The notes: generated from the letters alone by a model not told the origin. A stretch of 64,000 nucleotides of DNA from a virus (IMGVR_UViG_3300043438_000246:4051-68050); one strand, 5' to 3'; counted from the first letter of the stretch, positions 25,626-36,668 are shown. Numbers and translations: made by a program.

Positions 25626-28600
25626 ATGTCTCAGCCGTCCAATTTATATGCAGAAAAGGTTTATTCAGAGCACCCAACTATCTTGTGGGCATTGGATGAC
25701 CAGGCTGACTATATTTCTTTAATTACAGAAAACCAAAGAGATATAAGAAATGGCTGGACCATAACTAATGCATCCGTAACCTCTGGTTCTGGAGTAACTG
25801 GAGAACCTTTTCCAGATAGTTATACAACACTTGTTGAGGGTGATGTTCCAAGTGGCGCAACAGACACAGTTACACTAATAAGTCCAGACTTAGTTAATTT
25901 CCAAGATTTAAATAGTACCCTTGGATCTTTTTCTATTGGTTCATATTTTTATTCAAATAGTGCATACCTACAATCTGTAGAAATAGGATTTAGATATATA
26001 GATACAACTACTTCTTTGCCAATAGAAGAATTAGATTTTTTTACAACTTCCGTTTTTCAGTCATGGAGTTTTGTATCTGGAACATTTGATATAGTAGACG
26101 AGAACACTGACTTTCAGGTTGTTATAAAATTAAACTATGCAAGTGGTGGCAGTGCTGGAGACTACGATTTCTACATTAATGGAATTACAGCAGGTCAATG
26201 GTCTGAAGAATTTAGTACAACTTCTTTAGGTATTACACCAGTATCTTTTCCAACAAACATTGCACTTTCTGCAACCCAAGCAGTACAGGCAGATCCATAT
26301 GGTCTTGCTGGAGAAGTTGGATACTATCTTGTAGATAACAATGCTTTGATTGCAAGAAACAGCGGAGTACCAATGGTATTTGGTGCAAGCAATATTACAA
26401 GAATGACTCCTAACTCTAATAACAAACCTTCTTTGATTGTTCCAGGAAAAGGTTTCTTAAATAAGAGTGGCCAGTATAAAGAATATACGGTTGAGTTCTG
26501 GACAAGAATTAACTCTAATGCATATGAGCCTAAAAAAATATTTGGTCCAATTTCATCTAATGACGGACTATATGTTGAGTCTGGATTTTTAACACTTGTA
26601 ATAGGCACCGAGTTTTCTTCTCACTTCGTTGGTGAGTGGTTTAGACCAATGCTTATTCATGTTAGAGTAATTAGAAATAATGCAACGGTATTGTTAAATG
26701 GAGAAGAGATTATTAATCTTCCTATTAATACAGATACGCTAGATCTTCCAGAAATTCTAGATGAGTTTGGTGATAGCCAAGACTGGCTAGGTTTTTATGC
26801 TTACACAGATGTTACTCCAGTTGAAGTAGACTGTGTTGCAATTTATCCATATTCCGTTGCAATTAATATTGCAAAGCGTAGATGGGTATATGGACAGGGT
26901 GTGCTTTCTCCAGAAGGTATTAACTCAGCATATGGTGGAACAGCAGCATTTATAGATTATCCTTTTGCTGACTATACCGCAAACTATAACTATCCAGATT
27001 TTGCTCAATGGGAGCAGGGAGCATTTGATAATCTTACAACAACATCAAACTCTTTAACTACCCCACAATATTCTCTTCCAGAAATAAGCCTTGACTCAAA
27101 AACCCTTACACAACTGTATGCAGATAACAAAGAAATACAAGATCCTTTAGACTATAACTTTATAACATTTAGACCAAATAATTCCTGGAACTCAGATAGA
27201 TGCTACTTCAACTTCCCCAACTTTAATATATTAAATGACTCCATACATACAATCTATGGTGTATTTTCATCAGAAGATCTTTTATCAGAGGAAACACTTT
27301 TTAAGATTTATAATCCAACTACTGGAAATTATTTTAGTATTAGAAAAGATTTAGATGAAATCCACTATTATCTTTACTTCAATGGCACAGAAGAAGAAAT
27401 CTTTACAAGCGACATAATTGAGTCTGGATATAAATTTGCAGCAGGTATTGAAATTCAAACGCTTGTTGCCACTTTTGGTGGAAATGTTGCCACATTCTTT
27501 GGAAATCAAAATGGATTAAAAATGTATGTTGGTGGTGAAGAAGATGCATCTTTACAATTTACTGGAAAAATATACTCAGCAGGCCTTGCAACAAACTATA
27601 ATGCGGTAGAGTTAACGAGTCACTTTGAAGATAATGGAACAGCAATCGTTGATAGTTATTTGGCAACAGGATCTCAGGAATCAGAAAACGCTATAGCACT
27701 TCTTGAGCATACTGCCAGTTATACTCTTTTACCCCTACAGGCATATGGATCTTATTTTCTTGATATTGGTGTTTCTGGTTACTGGGAAGATTACATGCCT
27801 CTTTCATATTTTGCACAATTTGTAACTAACGACATTGGCAATAAATTTTATGATCTAGACTTTTTGCAGTTTAATATAGGATATCCATCACCTACAAAGT
27901 TAGCGGAATTTGAAACAACCAGTTCTTGGACATATGAAGAACTAAAAGAAGAGTACTCTCATCCAGTACAAAGAACCTATTTACAATTAGATAATAACCT
28001 ATTTACTGGCTGGAATAACTATGAGGACATGGCTCAAAGAGCAGAAAAGTATTATGAGTATGATACATCAGATGCATCTATTAGAAGTTATATAACTTTT
28101 CAGTATATTGAAACAGGTGCCAATGCGCCACAAGAAGATTTTACAACCGTGCTTCCAGCAAGAGAGGGAGCAATTATTGATATGGACGAATACCCAGATT
28201 GGCTATCAACAAAGTTTGAAGTAGTAGACAATACTTTAATTTATCCAACAAAGACTGTTGACTTTAATGATCTTGCTTTGGTATATCATCTTGATTTTAA
28301 TATTCGTGGCATCTTAAAGAAGCCTATTCAGTTAAGAAGGCTAGAACTTGCATCCCAAGCATTTAATGACAACTCGTTTAATCCAGTCGGCACTAGATTT
28401 GGTATCAACATGTTCCCATATACAAGGTCTGGACTATACTATGACTATAAGGCAAAAAACCCATTTAGCATTTATAAAGGAAGCACTCCATATTTATACC
28501 TAAATAGAAGTTCTGGCGTAGAGGTGCGTGGAAGTTTTGACCCATTCGTAAGTCGTGGAATGTCAATTCCAGTTAACCAAAATATTGCAGATAATTATAG

Positions 28601-29243
28601 AATAAGTGCTACGCAAGTTTGGATGCGCTATGACCAAGATGCATTCCCTATTACTCCAACCGAAATCTTTGAGATAAATTACAAGGCAGACACAATTAAG
28701 TTTTACATGGTTGCAGATAATCCAGAAGGTACAAGAGCAAGAATATATGCTATGAGCCAAACAACTAATAGTTTATACAATGGCATATCTTATTTCCTAA
28801 ATGGATCAATCGTAAGAGAGCCAGTATTAACAATTAAAGAATGGGGTGTTCTAGGAATTGCATTTGCAAGTGCTTTAAGTTTTGACCTATACCTTGGCTC
28901 TATTAATTTGACTGGTCCTCTTGTATTTAATAATATTGCCTTCTACCAAGCAAATAATCTACAGCAGGTTCAGAGTAATCTTCTTAGACCGTGGCTTAAG
29001 GTTCAAACTGACGGTATTACAAGTTTTGACTGGGAATTCTGGCTTAATAGTTTTAACTGGGAAGGAGTTCTTGTTATTTCTGCCTCAGATCTATATGGAG
29101 TTTTACCTTCTGACGTTTATAAGACATATATTGGAACAAATAAGATTATTATTGATGATGAAGAGGGCATGGTGTTCGATGCAGAGAAACTTAAGGTCTA
29201 TAATGACACAACATGGACTATTAGACTCGGAACCCCAGTCTAA
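25626..29243 (+). CDS. Large virion structural protein (LamG/ConA-like segment)
   Basis: EHP..LWALDD start, YTVEFW..IN motif; 1205 aa beta-rich. Confidence 0.65.
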   Translation: MSQPSNLYAEKVYSEHPTILWALDDQADYISLITENQRDIRNGWTITNASVTSGSGVTGEPFPDSYTTLVEGDVPSGATDTVTLISPDLVNFQDLNSTLGSFSIGSYFYSNSAYLQSVEIGFRYIDTTTSLPIEELDFFTTSVFQSWSFVSGTFDIVDENTDFQVVIKLNYASGGSAGDYDFYINGITAGQWSEEFSTTSLGITPVSFPTNIALSATQAVQADPYGLAGEVGYYLVDNNALIARNSGVPMVFGASNITRMTPNSNNKPSLIVPGKGFLNKSGQYKEYTVEFWTRINSNAYEPKKIFGPISSNDGLYVESGFLTLVIGTEFSSHFVGEWFRPMLIHVRVIRNNATVLLNGEEIINLPINTDTLDLPEILDEFGDSQDWLGFYAYTDVTPVEVDCVAIYPYSVAINIAKRRWVYGQGVLSPEGINSAYGGTAAFIDYPFADYTANYNYPDFAQWEQGAFDNLTTTSNSLTTPQYSLPEISLDSKTLTQLYADNKEIQDPLDYNFITFRPNNSWNSDRCYFNFPNFNILNDSIHTIYGVFSSEDLLSEETLFKIYNPTTGNYFSIRKDLDEIHYYLYFNGTEEEIFTSDIIESGYKFAAGIEIQTLVATFGGNVATFFGNQNGLKMYVGGEEDASLQFTGKIYSAGLATNYNAVELTSHFEDNGTAIVDSYLATGSQESENAIALLEHTASYTLLPLQAYGSYFLDIGVSGYWEDYMPLSYFAQFVTNDIGNKFYDLDFLQFNIGYPSPTKLAEFETTSSWTYEELKEEYSHPVQRTYLQLDNNLFTGWNNYEDMAQRAEKYYEYDTSDASIRSYITFQYIETGANAPQEDFTTVLPAREGAIIDMDEYPDWLSTKFEVVDNTLIYPTKTVDFNDLALVYHLDFNIRGILKKPIQLRRLELASQAFNDNSFNPVGTRFGINMFPYTRSGLYYDYKAKNPFSIYKGSTPYLYLNRSSGVEVRGSFDPFVSRGMSIPVNQNIADNYRISATQVWMRYDQDAFPITPTEIFEINYKADTIKFYMVADNPEGTRARIYAMSQTTNSLYNGISYFLNGSIVREPVLTIKEWGVLGIAFASALSFDLYLGSINLTGPLVFNNIAFYQANNLQQVQSNLLRPWLKVQTDGITSFDWEFWLNSFNWEGVLVISASDLYGVLPSDVYKTYIGTNKIIIDDEEGMVFDAEKLKVYNDTTWTIRLGTPV

Positions 29244-29261
29244 TCTGGTATACTTTAGTAC

Positions 29262-29657
29262 ATGAATCCATTAATTAGTCCAAAAACTGGTAAGCCTATT
29301 GTAAGTAATGTCCGTAGACAGGTCATTGAAAAGAAATACAATTGGGGACTTTATGTTTATAAGAAGTCAGATGGCAAATGGTTTACCGACGGAGAAGGCA
29401 ATATCTTAAACATTGAGTCTACTCGTGGAGATATTCTACAAATTACTAAACTTAAAAATGCTGCAAAGCACTATGGTGATGATGGAGAGGGAGAGGCTGT
29501 CTTTGTTCCTGGACTTACCAGAGTTAGCGAAGAAGAGCACTCAGAGCAACTAGATAGAATGATGAACGGACTTATTCCTTCAATGAACGATCTAGGTGCA
29601 TGGAAAGCAGCCCAAGACACAATGAACAAACATGGAAGAGATGCGTACGAAGCATGA
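29262..29657 (+). CDS. Hypothetical protein upstream of portal
   Basis: ORF track; TGGTATACT 7 nt before the ATG. Confidence 0.75.
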   Translation: MNPLISPKTGKPIVSNVRRQVIEKKYNWGLYVYKKSDGKWFTDGEGNILNIESTRGDILQITKLKNAAKHYGDDGEGEAVFVPGLTRVSEEEHSEQLDRMMNGLIPSMNDLGAWKAAQDTMNKHGRDAYEA

Positions 29658-31279
29658 GCGAAGATTACGATTATATTCAAGCAAGTATCAGAACTCAAGA
29701 AGAGTCTGAGAATCTATTTAAGACACAAGATCCATTTGGAAAAGACTGGACAATCTTAAAAGACTATGTTGGCATTGATCAAAACTTTAAACGTAGAACC
29801 TCAAGAACAGTTTCTAAGGCAACATATGCATACAATTCAGTAGAGCCTTCAACACAATATTTAAATTCTGCAAATGCCGTTCCTGCTGGAGACGGTGCAG
29901 AATCAAAGCAAATTAATCCTGGAACGGTATACAGAAATGGATACGGTCTATTTGATGTAATTACACCACCATATAATATGTATGAGTTGGCAAGTTACTA
30001 TGACACATCTTTTGCAAATCATGCTGCTATTGATGCAAAGGTAGAAAATGTTGTTGGTCTTGGATACCGTTTTGATATTACAGATAGAACAATGTTAAGG
30101 TTTGAGACAAACGATGATCAAGGTGCTGTAGATCGTGCACGTCGCAGAATTGAAAGAATGAAACTTGAAATGCGTGAGTGGGTAGAGTCTCTTAATGATG
30201 ATGACTCATTTACAACAAGCATGGAAAAAGTTTATACAGATCTTCAGGCAACTGGAAATGGATTTTTAGAAGTTGGTAGAACAGTAACTGGAGAAATTGG
30301 ATATATTGGACACATCCCATCAACAACTGTGCGTGTAAGAAGACTGCGTGATGGCTTTGTTCAGATTATTGGTCAAAAGGTGGTTTACTTCCGCAACTTT
30401 GGTGCAACTAATACAAACCCAATGACAACAGATACTCGTCCAAATGAAATTATTCACATCAAGGAATATTCTCCATTAAACACATACTATGGAATTCCTG
30501 ACATTATTTCAGCGGTATCATCATTAATTGGTGATTCACTTGCTGCTCAATACAATATAGACTACTTCCAAAATAAGGGAGCCCCAAGATATATTATTAC
30601 AGTCAAGGGTGCAAAACTATCTGCTGATGCAGAAGACAAAATGTTTAGATTCCTTCAGTCTGGACTCAAGGGGCAAAACCATAGAACGCTGTATATCCCA
30701 CTTCCTGGAGATACAGATAACAACAAGGTTGAGTTCAAGATGGAGCCAGTTGAAACTGCAATTCAGGAAGCATCATTTGAAAGATATAGAAAACAAAATC
30801 GTGATGATATTCTTGTAGCACACCAGGTTCCTATTTCAAAACTAGGCGGATCAGATTCAGGCGCTATTGCTGCTGCTATGTCACAGGATAGAACCTTTAA
30901 AGAGCAGGTTGCCCGTCCAGCACAGGCACAACTTGAAAAGGTTATTAATAAGATTATTAAAGAAAAGACAGACATTCTTAGTCTTAAGTTTAATGAACTT
31001 ACACTTACAGATGAGATTGCTCAATCACAAATCATTGAGAGATATGTTAAAACACAAGTTATTACTCCAGATGAGGCTCGTGAATTGATTGACATGCCGC
31101 CAAGAGCAGATGGAGAAGGTAATGCTCCGTTCTCTATGACACCAAGACAAGCAACAGATGCAAGAGCAAATCTTGCTGGCAATCGTCAACGGGATGCTGA
31201 AAGAACAAACAACTCTTCAGACTCTACAGCAACACTTGAAGGTAGAAATCCACAAGGAGAAGGAAGATCATCTCAATAG
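29654..31279 (+). CDS. Portal protein
   Basis: D...TGNGFLEV.R, NEIIH, YYGIPD, YFQN...P..II, RDDIL.AH.VP; ATGA overlap start. Confidence 0.92.
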   Translation: MSEDYDYIQASIRTQEESENLFKTQDPFGKDWTILKDYVGIDQNFKRRTSRTVSKATYAYNSVEPSTQYLNSANAVPAGDGAESKQINPGTVYRNGYGLFDVITPPYNMYELASYYDTSFANHAAIDAKVENVVGLGYRFDITDRTMLRFETNDDQGAVDRARRRIERMKLEMREWVESLNDDDSFTTSMEKVYTDLQATGNGFLEVGRTVTGEIGYIGHIPSTTVRVRRLRDGFVQIIGQKVVYFRNFGATNTNPMTTDTRPNEIIHIKEYSPLNTYYGIPDIISAVSSLIGDSLAAQYNIDYFQNKGAPRYIITVKGAKLSADAEDKMFRFLQSGLKGQNHRTLYIPLPGDTDNNKVEFKMEPVETAIQEASFERYRKQNRDDILVAHQVPISKLGGSDSGAIAAAMSQDRTFKEQVARPAQAQLEKVINKIIKEKTDILSLKFNELTLTDEIAQSQIIERYVKTQVITPDEARELIDMPPRADGEGNAPFSMTPRQATDARANLAGNRQRDAERTNNSSDSTATLEGRNPQGEGRSSQ

Positions 31280-31319
31280 TTGAGAAAACCATAAAAAGGT
31301 TTGATATAATAATACTGCC

Positions 31320-32648
31320 ATGATTATAAATAAAGCACACTGGGTTACTGAAGGCGACAATGTTCGCTTTTCTATGCCAATCGGCAAGGTAGACCAGGAG
31401 CGTAGAATTGTATCAGGTTTTGCAACATTGGACAATATTGACAAGCAAAATGACATTGTTACAACAGAGGCAAGCCTAGAAGCATTTAGAAAATTCCGTG
31501 GAAATCTACGTGAGATGCACCAGCCAAGTGCTGTTGGCAAGATTGTTTCATTTAAAGAGGATCGTTATTTTGAGCCTCAATCAAAAAAGTTTTATAGCGG
31601 GGTATATGTTTCTGCATATGTCTCAAAGGGTGCACAGGATACCTGGGAAAAGGTACTTGATGGCACACTAACTGGTTTTTCAATCGGTGGCAACATCACA
31701 AAGTCAGATGATACCTTTGATGAAAAACTTGATAAATCAGTGCGTATAATTAAAGAGTATGAATTGTTTGAATTATCACTAGTTGATAATCCAGCAAACC
31801 AATTTGCTAATGTTATCTCTATTGAAAAAGTAGACGGTAAGAATACAGTTAGTGGATACCTTTCAAAGACAGAAGTTAAAAACGTATTCTGGGATTCAGA
31901 GAATGATATTGTATTAATGTCAGAAGATGATTCAGCAGATAGTCCTACTTCTGGTAAGCCTATGAAAAATATTGGTTTTGTTGAAAAATCAGATTCAGAA
32001 AATACAGAAAAAATAAAGTTCTTAGTTGATAGTGCAAAAGGCATTAGAACAATTAAGATGACAGAGGAGGAAAATCCTATGACAGAAGAAACAACAATCG
32101 TTAACGCACTAGGTGCTGAGACAGTAGAGTTGGTTGAAAATGTTGAGGTTGCTCCAGAGGCTGCAGCAGTTGCTGTAGAAGAGGCTCCAGTAGAAGTTCC
32201 TGCAGAGGATACTCCTGCTACAGAGCCAGCAGCAGAAGCAGCACCAGAGGCTGAAGAAGCACCTGTTGTTGAAGAAGCAAATGATTCAGTTGATGCTGTT
32301 GTTAATGCAACAGAAGAAGTTGCTAAAGCAGTTTCTTCAATCAATGAAAATCTAACTAATGCCTTGAGCAATCTAGCAGAAACAGTAAAGTCTATGCAGG
32401 CCACTGTTGAAGCAATTACAAAGTCCCTTGATGCCGTTACGGGCGAAGTTAAGTCTGTATCAAATGAGGTAAAAGAAGTTAAGGGTTCTTTTAATGAGTT
32501 TGGAAAGCGAGTAGATATGGTCGAAAAAGACACCGCTTTCCGCAAGTCTGGCGATCTCGGCGAGATTGTACAGGAGTTTTCGGAAACGAAGACTCAAAAA
32601 TCCCTATGGGGCGGTCGTTTCCTCAAAACAGCCGACTTATTCCAATAA
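31320..32648 (+). CDS. Prohead protease fused to an acidic/coiled-coil scaffold
   Basis: VSGFAT...D.Q.D, REMH, TGFSIGG, ELSLVD.PAN; Glu/Ala/Pro-rich linker. Confidence 0.9.
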   Translation: MIINKAHWVTEGDNVRFSMPIGKVDQERRIVSGFATLDNIDKQNDIVTTEASLEAFRKFRGNLREMHQPSAVGKIVSFKEDRYFEPQSKKFYSGVYVSAYVSKGAQDTWEKVLDGTLTGFSIGGNITKSDDTFDEKLDKSVRIIKEYELFELSLVDNPANQFANVISIEKVDGKNTVSGYLSKTEVKNVFWDSENDIVLMSEDDSADSPTSGKPMKNIGFVEKSDSENTEKIKFLVDSAKGIRTIKMTEEENPMTEETTIVNALGAETVELVENVEVAPEAAAVAVEEAPVEVPAEDTPATEPAAEAAPEAEEAPVVEEANDSVDAVVNATEEVAKAVSSINENLTNALSNLAETVKSMQATVEAITKSLDAVTGEVKSVSNEVKEVKGSFNEFGKRVDMVEKDTAFRKSGDLGEIVQEFSETKTQKSLWGGRFLKTADLFQ

Positions 32649-32674
32649 GTACTATTCACTAGGAGGTGAACAAT

Positions 32675-33814
32675 ATGTCGGAACAAGAAATCGTAAAGAA
32701 CTATCCAGGCTCTCCAACCGTAAGCCACCAACACGCAGGTGATGGTGCTTTCGCATCAGGTGATATTGGCGGAGCAACTGCTACCAGCCCAACCACTTCA
32801 AATGTCGGAGCAGAAATGGGAAATATTGCAACAGCGAACTTTGGTGTAACCAACGGTCCTAACGCAATTAATCCAACTGGTACACCTGGAGGTATTCTAC
32901 TTCCAGAACAGGCTCGTCGCTTCATCGACTACGTGTGGGATGCAACAGTTCTCGCCAAAGATGGTCGTAGAGTTACAATGAGAGCAAACACCATGGAACT
33001 TGAAAAAGTTAACGTTGGTGAGCGTGTAATCCGTGCTGCTGCACAGGCAAGCAATGATTATACAAACGCAGGTGCAACATTTACAAAGGTAGAGTTAACA
33101 ACCAAGAAGATTCGTCTTGACTGGGAAGTATCTACAGAAGCACTTGAAGATAATATTGAAGGCGGAGCGCTTGAAGATCATCTAGTTCGCTTGATGACAA
33201 ACGCATTTGCTAACGATATCGAAGACCTTGCTATTAATGGCGATGGTTCAACTGGAAACTTCCTTTCAATCATGGAAGGTTTCGTACACAAGGTAGAGAA
33301 TGATGGCGATGCTCACGAAGCACTCGTTACTGTTACTGATGATAACTGGACAACTGAAGTAATGCAGGATATTATCCTTGCAATGCCACGTAAGTATCGT
33401 GCACTAAAGCAGAACCTAAAGTTCTACGCTGGTACAGATGCATTCCAAGGTATCGTAAAGAACAACGGAACACTTGCTGATGCTATCGCAGAAGCATTTG
33501 CTCCTCGTGCTGCAGGTACAGAGCGCAACCGTCAGGCATACCTTGATGGACAGGCACAGACATTCGGCGGAGCACGTACAACACGTGTTCTTGGAATTGA
33601 CGTACAAGAAGTCCCTTACTACCCAGCAGATTATGTCGACTTGACATTCCCTGCTAACCGTATTTGGGGATTCCAGAGAGATATCACTGTAAACCGTGAA
33701 TACAAGCCAAAGAAGGATACAATTGAATACACAGTATTCGTCCGCTTTGGTCTACAGTGGGAAGAACTTGATGCGGTTGCTTATGCAGACGCAGCATCAG
33801 ATCCTACTGCATAA
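32675..33814 (+). CDS. Major capsid protein (HK97 fold)
   Basis: GGILLPEQ.RRF, LEDNIEG, D.EDLAINGD; GGAGG SD; position after protease. Confidence 0.93.
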   Translation: MSEQEIVKNYPGSPTVSHQHAGDGAFASGDIGGATATSPTTSNVGAEMGNIATANFGVTNGPNAINPTGTPGGILLPEQARRFIDYVWDATVLAKDGRRVTMRANTMELEKVNVGERVIRAAAQASNDYTNAGATFTKVELTTKKIRLDWEVSTEALEDNIEGGALEDHLVRLMTNAFANDIEDLAINGDGSTGNFLSIMEGFVHKVENDGDAHEALVTVTDDNWTTEVMQDIILAMPRKYRALKQNLKFYAGTDAFQGIVKNNGTLADAIAEAFAPRAAGTERNRQAYLDGQAQTFGGARTTRVLGIDVQEVPYYPADYVDLTFPANRIWGFQRDITVNREYKPKKDTIEYTVFVRFGLQWEELDAVAYADAASDPTA

Positions 33815-33834
33815 TAGTTTATAAAAAACTAAAC

Positions 33835-33869
33835 GATAGGGAGGACAGGTCAAACTGTCCTCCTTTATC
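33835..33869 (+). terminator. Intrinsic terminator after the capsid gene
   Basis: GGAGGACAG-gtcaaa-CTGTCCTCC-TTT. Confidence 0.8.
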
Positions 33870-33883
33870 AATTAAGGAGCATT

Positions 33884-34108
33884 ATGTCTTATCCAGGAAG
33901 TCCAACAGTTCCACACCAACATGATGGTGATGGCGCTATTGCAGTAGGCGGGGTAGGCGGGGCAATCATAATGGGTCCAAGTGGTATGATTACACAAAAT
34001 AATGTTTTAGGAAATATACCAACACCAATATTTGGTGATAATATAACAATTTCTGGAACACCAAGCGGTATTAAAAGACCACAAACATTGAGAGCAAGTA
34101 GAAGATAA
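33884..34108 (+). CDS. 74-aa stand-alone paralog of the capsid N-terminal arm
   Basis: 19/25 identities to the MCP N-terminus; AAGGAG SD. Confidence 0.85.
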   Translation: MSYPGSPTVPHQHDGDGAIAVGGVGGAIIMGPSGMITQNNVLGNIPTPIFGDNITISGTPSGIKRPQTLRASRR

Positions 34109-34141
34109 GTTATCTCTGATATAATAGCAGTGGAGGATAAG

Positions 34142-34534
34142 ATGGCAACAACAGTAGAAGTAGTAGAAAAATTTAGTAAGAAAACAGTACCACAACTAAA
34201 AGCCTATGCAAAAAAGAACAATATTGATCTATATGGAACAAGCACAAAAGAAGAAATGCTAGAGGCTATTTTGCCTTTTGTACCAAGAAAAGATGTAGAA
34301 GAAGTAAAAGAAACAAAAAAAGCAGAAGGACCAAAAGAACAAAAAGAAGCGCTAGAGTTTCCAACAGACAAGATGGCTTTGTATTCAGAGCGAAATCTTC
34401 ATTGGAACGGTGTGGGTGCCCTTGAAAAAGGATATAACATTGTCACAAAGGAGGCATCCGTTAAGTGGCTAAATCATAAGGCAGTTCGTGAAGCATCGCC
34501 TAAAGAAGTAGCCAGACATTACGGTAAGATTTAA
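34142..34534 (+). CDS. Rho-N/HeH-like domain protein
   Basis: KKTVPQLKAYAKKNNIDL...KEEMLEAI; GGAGG SD. Confidence 0.7.
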   Translation: MATTVEVVEKFSKKTVPQLKAYAKKNNIDLYGTSTKEEMLEAILPFVPRKDVEEVKETKKAEGPKEQKEALEFPTDKMALYSERNLHWNGVGALEKGYNIVTKEASVKWLNHKAVREASPKEVARHYGKI

Positions 34535-35538
34535 TGCAGATTTTACGTTTACCACCATACCCATTAACCATCTCTTATGATGTGCTTTTACCAAATACTG
34601 ACTACATCCTTGTTATCAATCAAAGCACAAGAAATGTAAATGATGTTACAGAAACTATTGTTTCTACTGCTGGATCAAAACTAGAATACACTCTTCCAGA
34701 CCAGTTTAATTCTTATGATGAGTCTTACTATTTGGCTATCTATGAAGCGGTCTATTCAACTGGCTCTGAATTTCCAGAAGAAGGAGATCTTGTTGTTGAG
34801 GATAATCTAGAAATTATGCGTCCTTATGTAAACCCTACAAAACTAGCACAAAGTTTAGGCTTTACTACAGCAACAGAAATTGCACAATACTTACAATATG
34901 AAAACTTAGCACGAGCAATCATTGATTCTATAGTTCCAGGAGGCTTCTACTATGAGCGTTCATGGTATGAAACAAATGGTAATGGAACAGACTATCTTGG
35001 CATCTGGGATAGAGTATATAAAATTTTAAAGGCATATGAAAACAATGAACTTGTCTGGGATTCAACACAAGATCCTGCAGCATTGTTTGAGTGGAGTTAT
35101 CTATTAACAAAAGACAAGACAGCAATTATTAAAGAGTGGAATCAGCAAATGACTGATTCATATGTTAGAGCAGTTGGAACACCAAAGGGTGTACCACTTG
35201 GAGAGTCAGATTCAATTTATCTTTACGATACAGAAGATAGCCCCGTAACACTAGCAGTAGCCGCAGGAGTAACATTTCCAGTAACATTTAACTATCTATT
35301 CTCGCTTGAAACTGGGTACAAGGTAGTTCCTTATGATATTCAAGATGCCGCAACAATGCTTATTGATGACATTAAATGTGGCAAAATGGAATACCACAAG
35401 AGATATATTCTTGATTATTCTACAGACCAATACAAGATTAAGATTGACAAGTCTGCACTTAGCGGAACAGGCAATATCCTAGTAGACAAAATCCTAGAAA
35501 AGTATATTACGAACTTTGGCACACCTGGAGTTTTATAA
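34534..35538 (+). CDS. Head-tail adaptor
   Basis: Position; AR.IIDS, GY..VP.DI..A..MLI, TGN..VD.IL.KY. Confidence 0.75.
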   Translation: MQILRLPPYPLTISYDVLLPNTDYILVINQSTRNVNDVTETIVSTAGSKLEYTLPDQFNSYDESYYLAIYEAVYSTGSEFPEEGDLVVEDNLEIMRPYVNPTKLAQSLGFTTATEIAQYLQYENLARAIIDSIVPGGFYYERSWYETNGNGTDYLGIWDRVYKILKAYENNELVWDSTQDPAALFEWSYLLTKDKTAIIKEWNQQMTDSYVRAVGTPKGVPLGESDSIYLYDTEDSPVTLAVAAGVTFPVTFNYLFSLETGYKVVPYDIQDAATMLIDDIKCGKMEYHKRYILDYSTDQYKIKIDKSALSGTGNILVDKILEKYITNFGTPGVL

Positions 35539-35987
35539 TGGCTGAGTGCGAGGCAACAGACTTTATCTACCCAATGAAAGCAGATATTTACTATCCAATA
35601 ATTACACAAAACAATTATGGACAAGCAAATAAAGAATGGGTATTTGATAGAACTATTATTTGCAACGCAACAACTATAGGTGGCGCAGGAGATGTAGAAT
35701 TAAAACCAGATGTATTTTTACAGTATGATGGTAAACTTATTGCAAGATCAAAATCAGACATAAGAACATCTTCTAATAATGCAGAAAATGCAATTACAAA
35801 CATACTAGTTACAAACATTAGAAGCGCAAGCGATATAGTGTTTTATAAAGAAACAGCAGGCCCAAGAACTGGCCGTGGAACTATCTATGAAATAGGAACT
35901 TTTGAGCCTTTTATTGGTCCATTTGGAGAAATAGAATATTATAAAATGCTCTGGCGCAGAACAGAGAACCAGACAGTTGGTGACTAG
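35538..35987 (+). CDS. Head closure (stopper) protein
   Basis: Position, size and beta-rich pattern. Confidence 0.6.
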   Translation: MAECEATDFIYPMKADIYYPIITQNNYGQANKEWVFDRTIICNATTIGGAGDVELKPDVFLQYDGKLIARSKSDIRTSSNNAENAITNILVTNIRSASDIVFYKETAGPRTGRGTIYEIGTFEPFIGPFGEIEYYKMLWRRTENQTVGD

Positions 35988-36664
35988 TGAGAGTCTCCAT
36001 ACAGACCAACAACTTTGAAAAAGAACTTCTTAATATTGCTAACTACTCTTTGGGTTTTTTAGAGGGTGCTCAAAAAGGTAAAAAAGTATTTTTAGATAAT
36101 CTTGGTAGAGGAGTTATCTTTGCACTAGGACAATACGTAGATGTTGAAGCAAGAGCAAATAAAGAAGCACTACACCACGTATATGAGTGGTATCAAACAG
36201 GAAGTCCCCAAGCAAGATTATTTGACATAACGTACACTGTTAGCAACCTAGGCCTTTCTCTTAATTCTACTTTTAGACAATCAAGAACTATACAGCAAGA
36301 TGCAACTACTCCATTTTACAATAAAGCAAAAATAATGGAAAATGGAATACCCGTAGTTATTCGACCAAAGAAAAACTCAGTATTAAGATTTTATCAAGGT
36401 GGAGAGACTGTCTTTACTTCAAAGCCAGTTACAGTAAGAAATCCTGGAGGCAATCAGGTTGAAGGATCTTTTGAAAGAATTTTTGATGAATTTATGACAA
36501 GATACTTTACTCAAGCATTTTTAAGAGCAAGCGGTATCTCTGATTATATAAGCAATCCAGTTATATACAAAAAGAATCTTCCAGCAGGGGCAAAACAGGG
36601 TAGACCAAAGGGTGTATCTACTGGGTATAAATGGATTACAAATGCAAAGATTGAGGTAGAATAA
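35987..36664 (+). CDS. Neck or tail completion protein
   Basis: Position; LHHVYEW...RLF, KA.IME.G. Confidence 0.55.
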   Translation: MRVSIQTNNFEKELLNIANYSLGFLEGAQKGKKVFLDNLGRGVIFALGQYVDVEARANKEALHHVYEWYQTGSPQARLFDITYTVSNLGLSLNSTFRQSRTIQQDATTPFYNKAKIMENGIPVVIRPKKNSVLRFYQGGETVFTSKPVTVRNPGGNQVEGSFERIFDEFMTRYFTQAFLRASGISDYISNPVIYKKNLPAGAKQGRPKGVSTGYKWITNAKIEVE

Positions 36665-36668
36665 GAAT

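Noticed and set aside
31592-32545. 317-aa antisense ORF over the protease/scaffold gene
   Set aside because: Mirror of Glu/Ala/Val codon bias in the sense gene; no SD, promoter or recognisable motif
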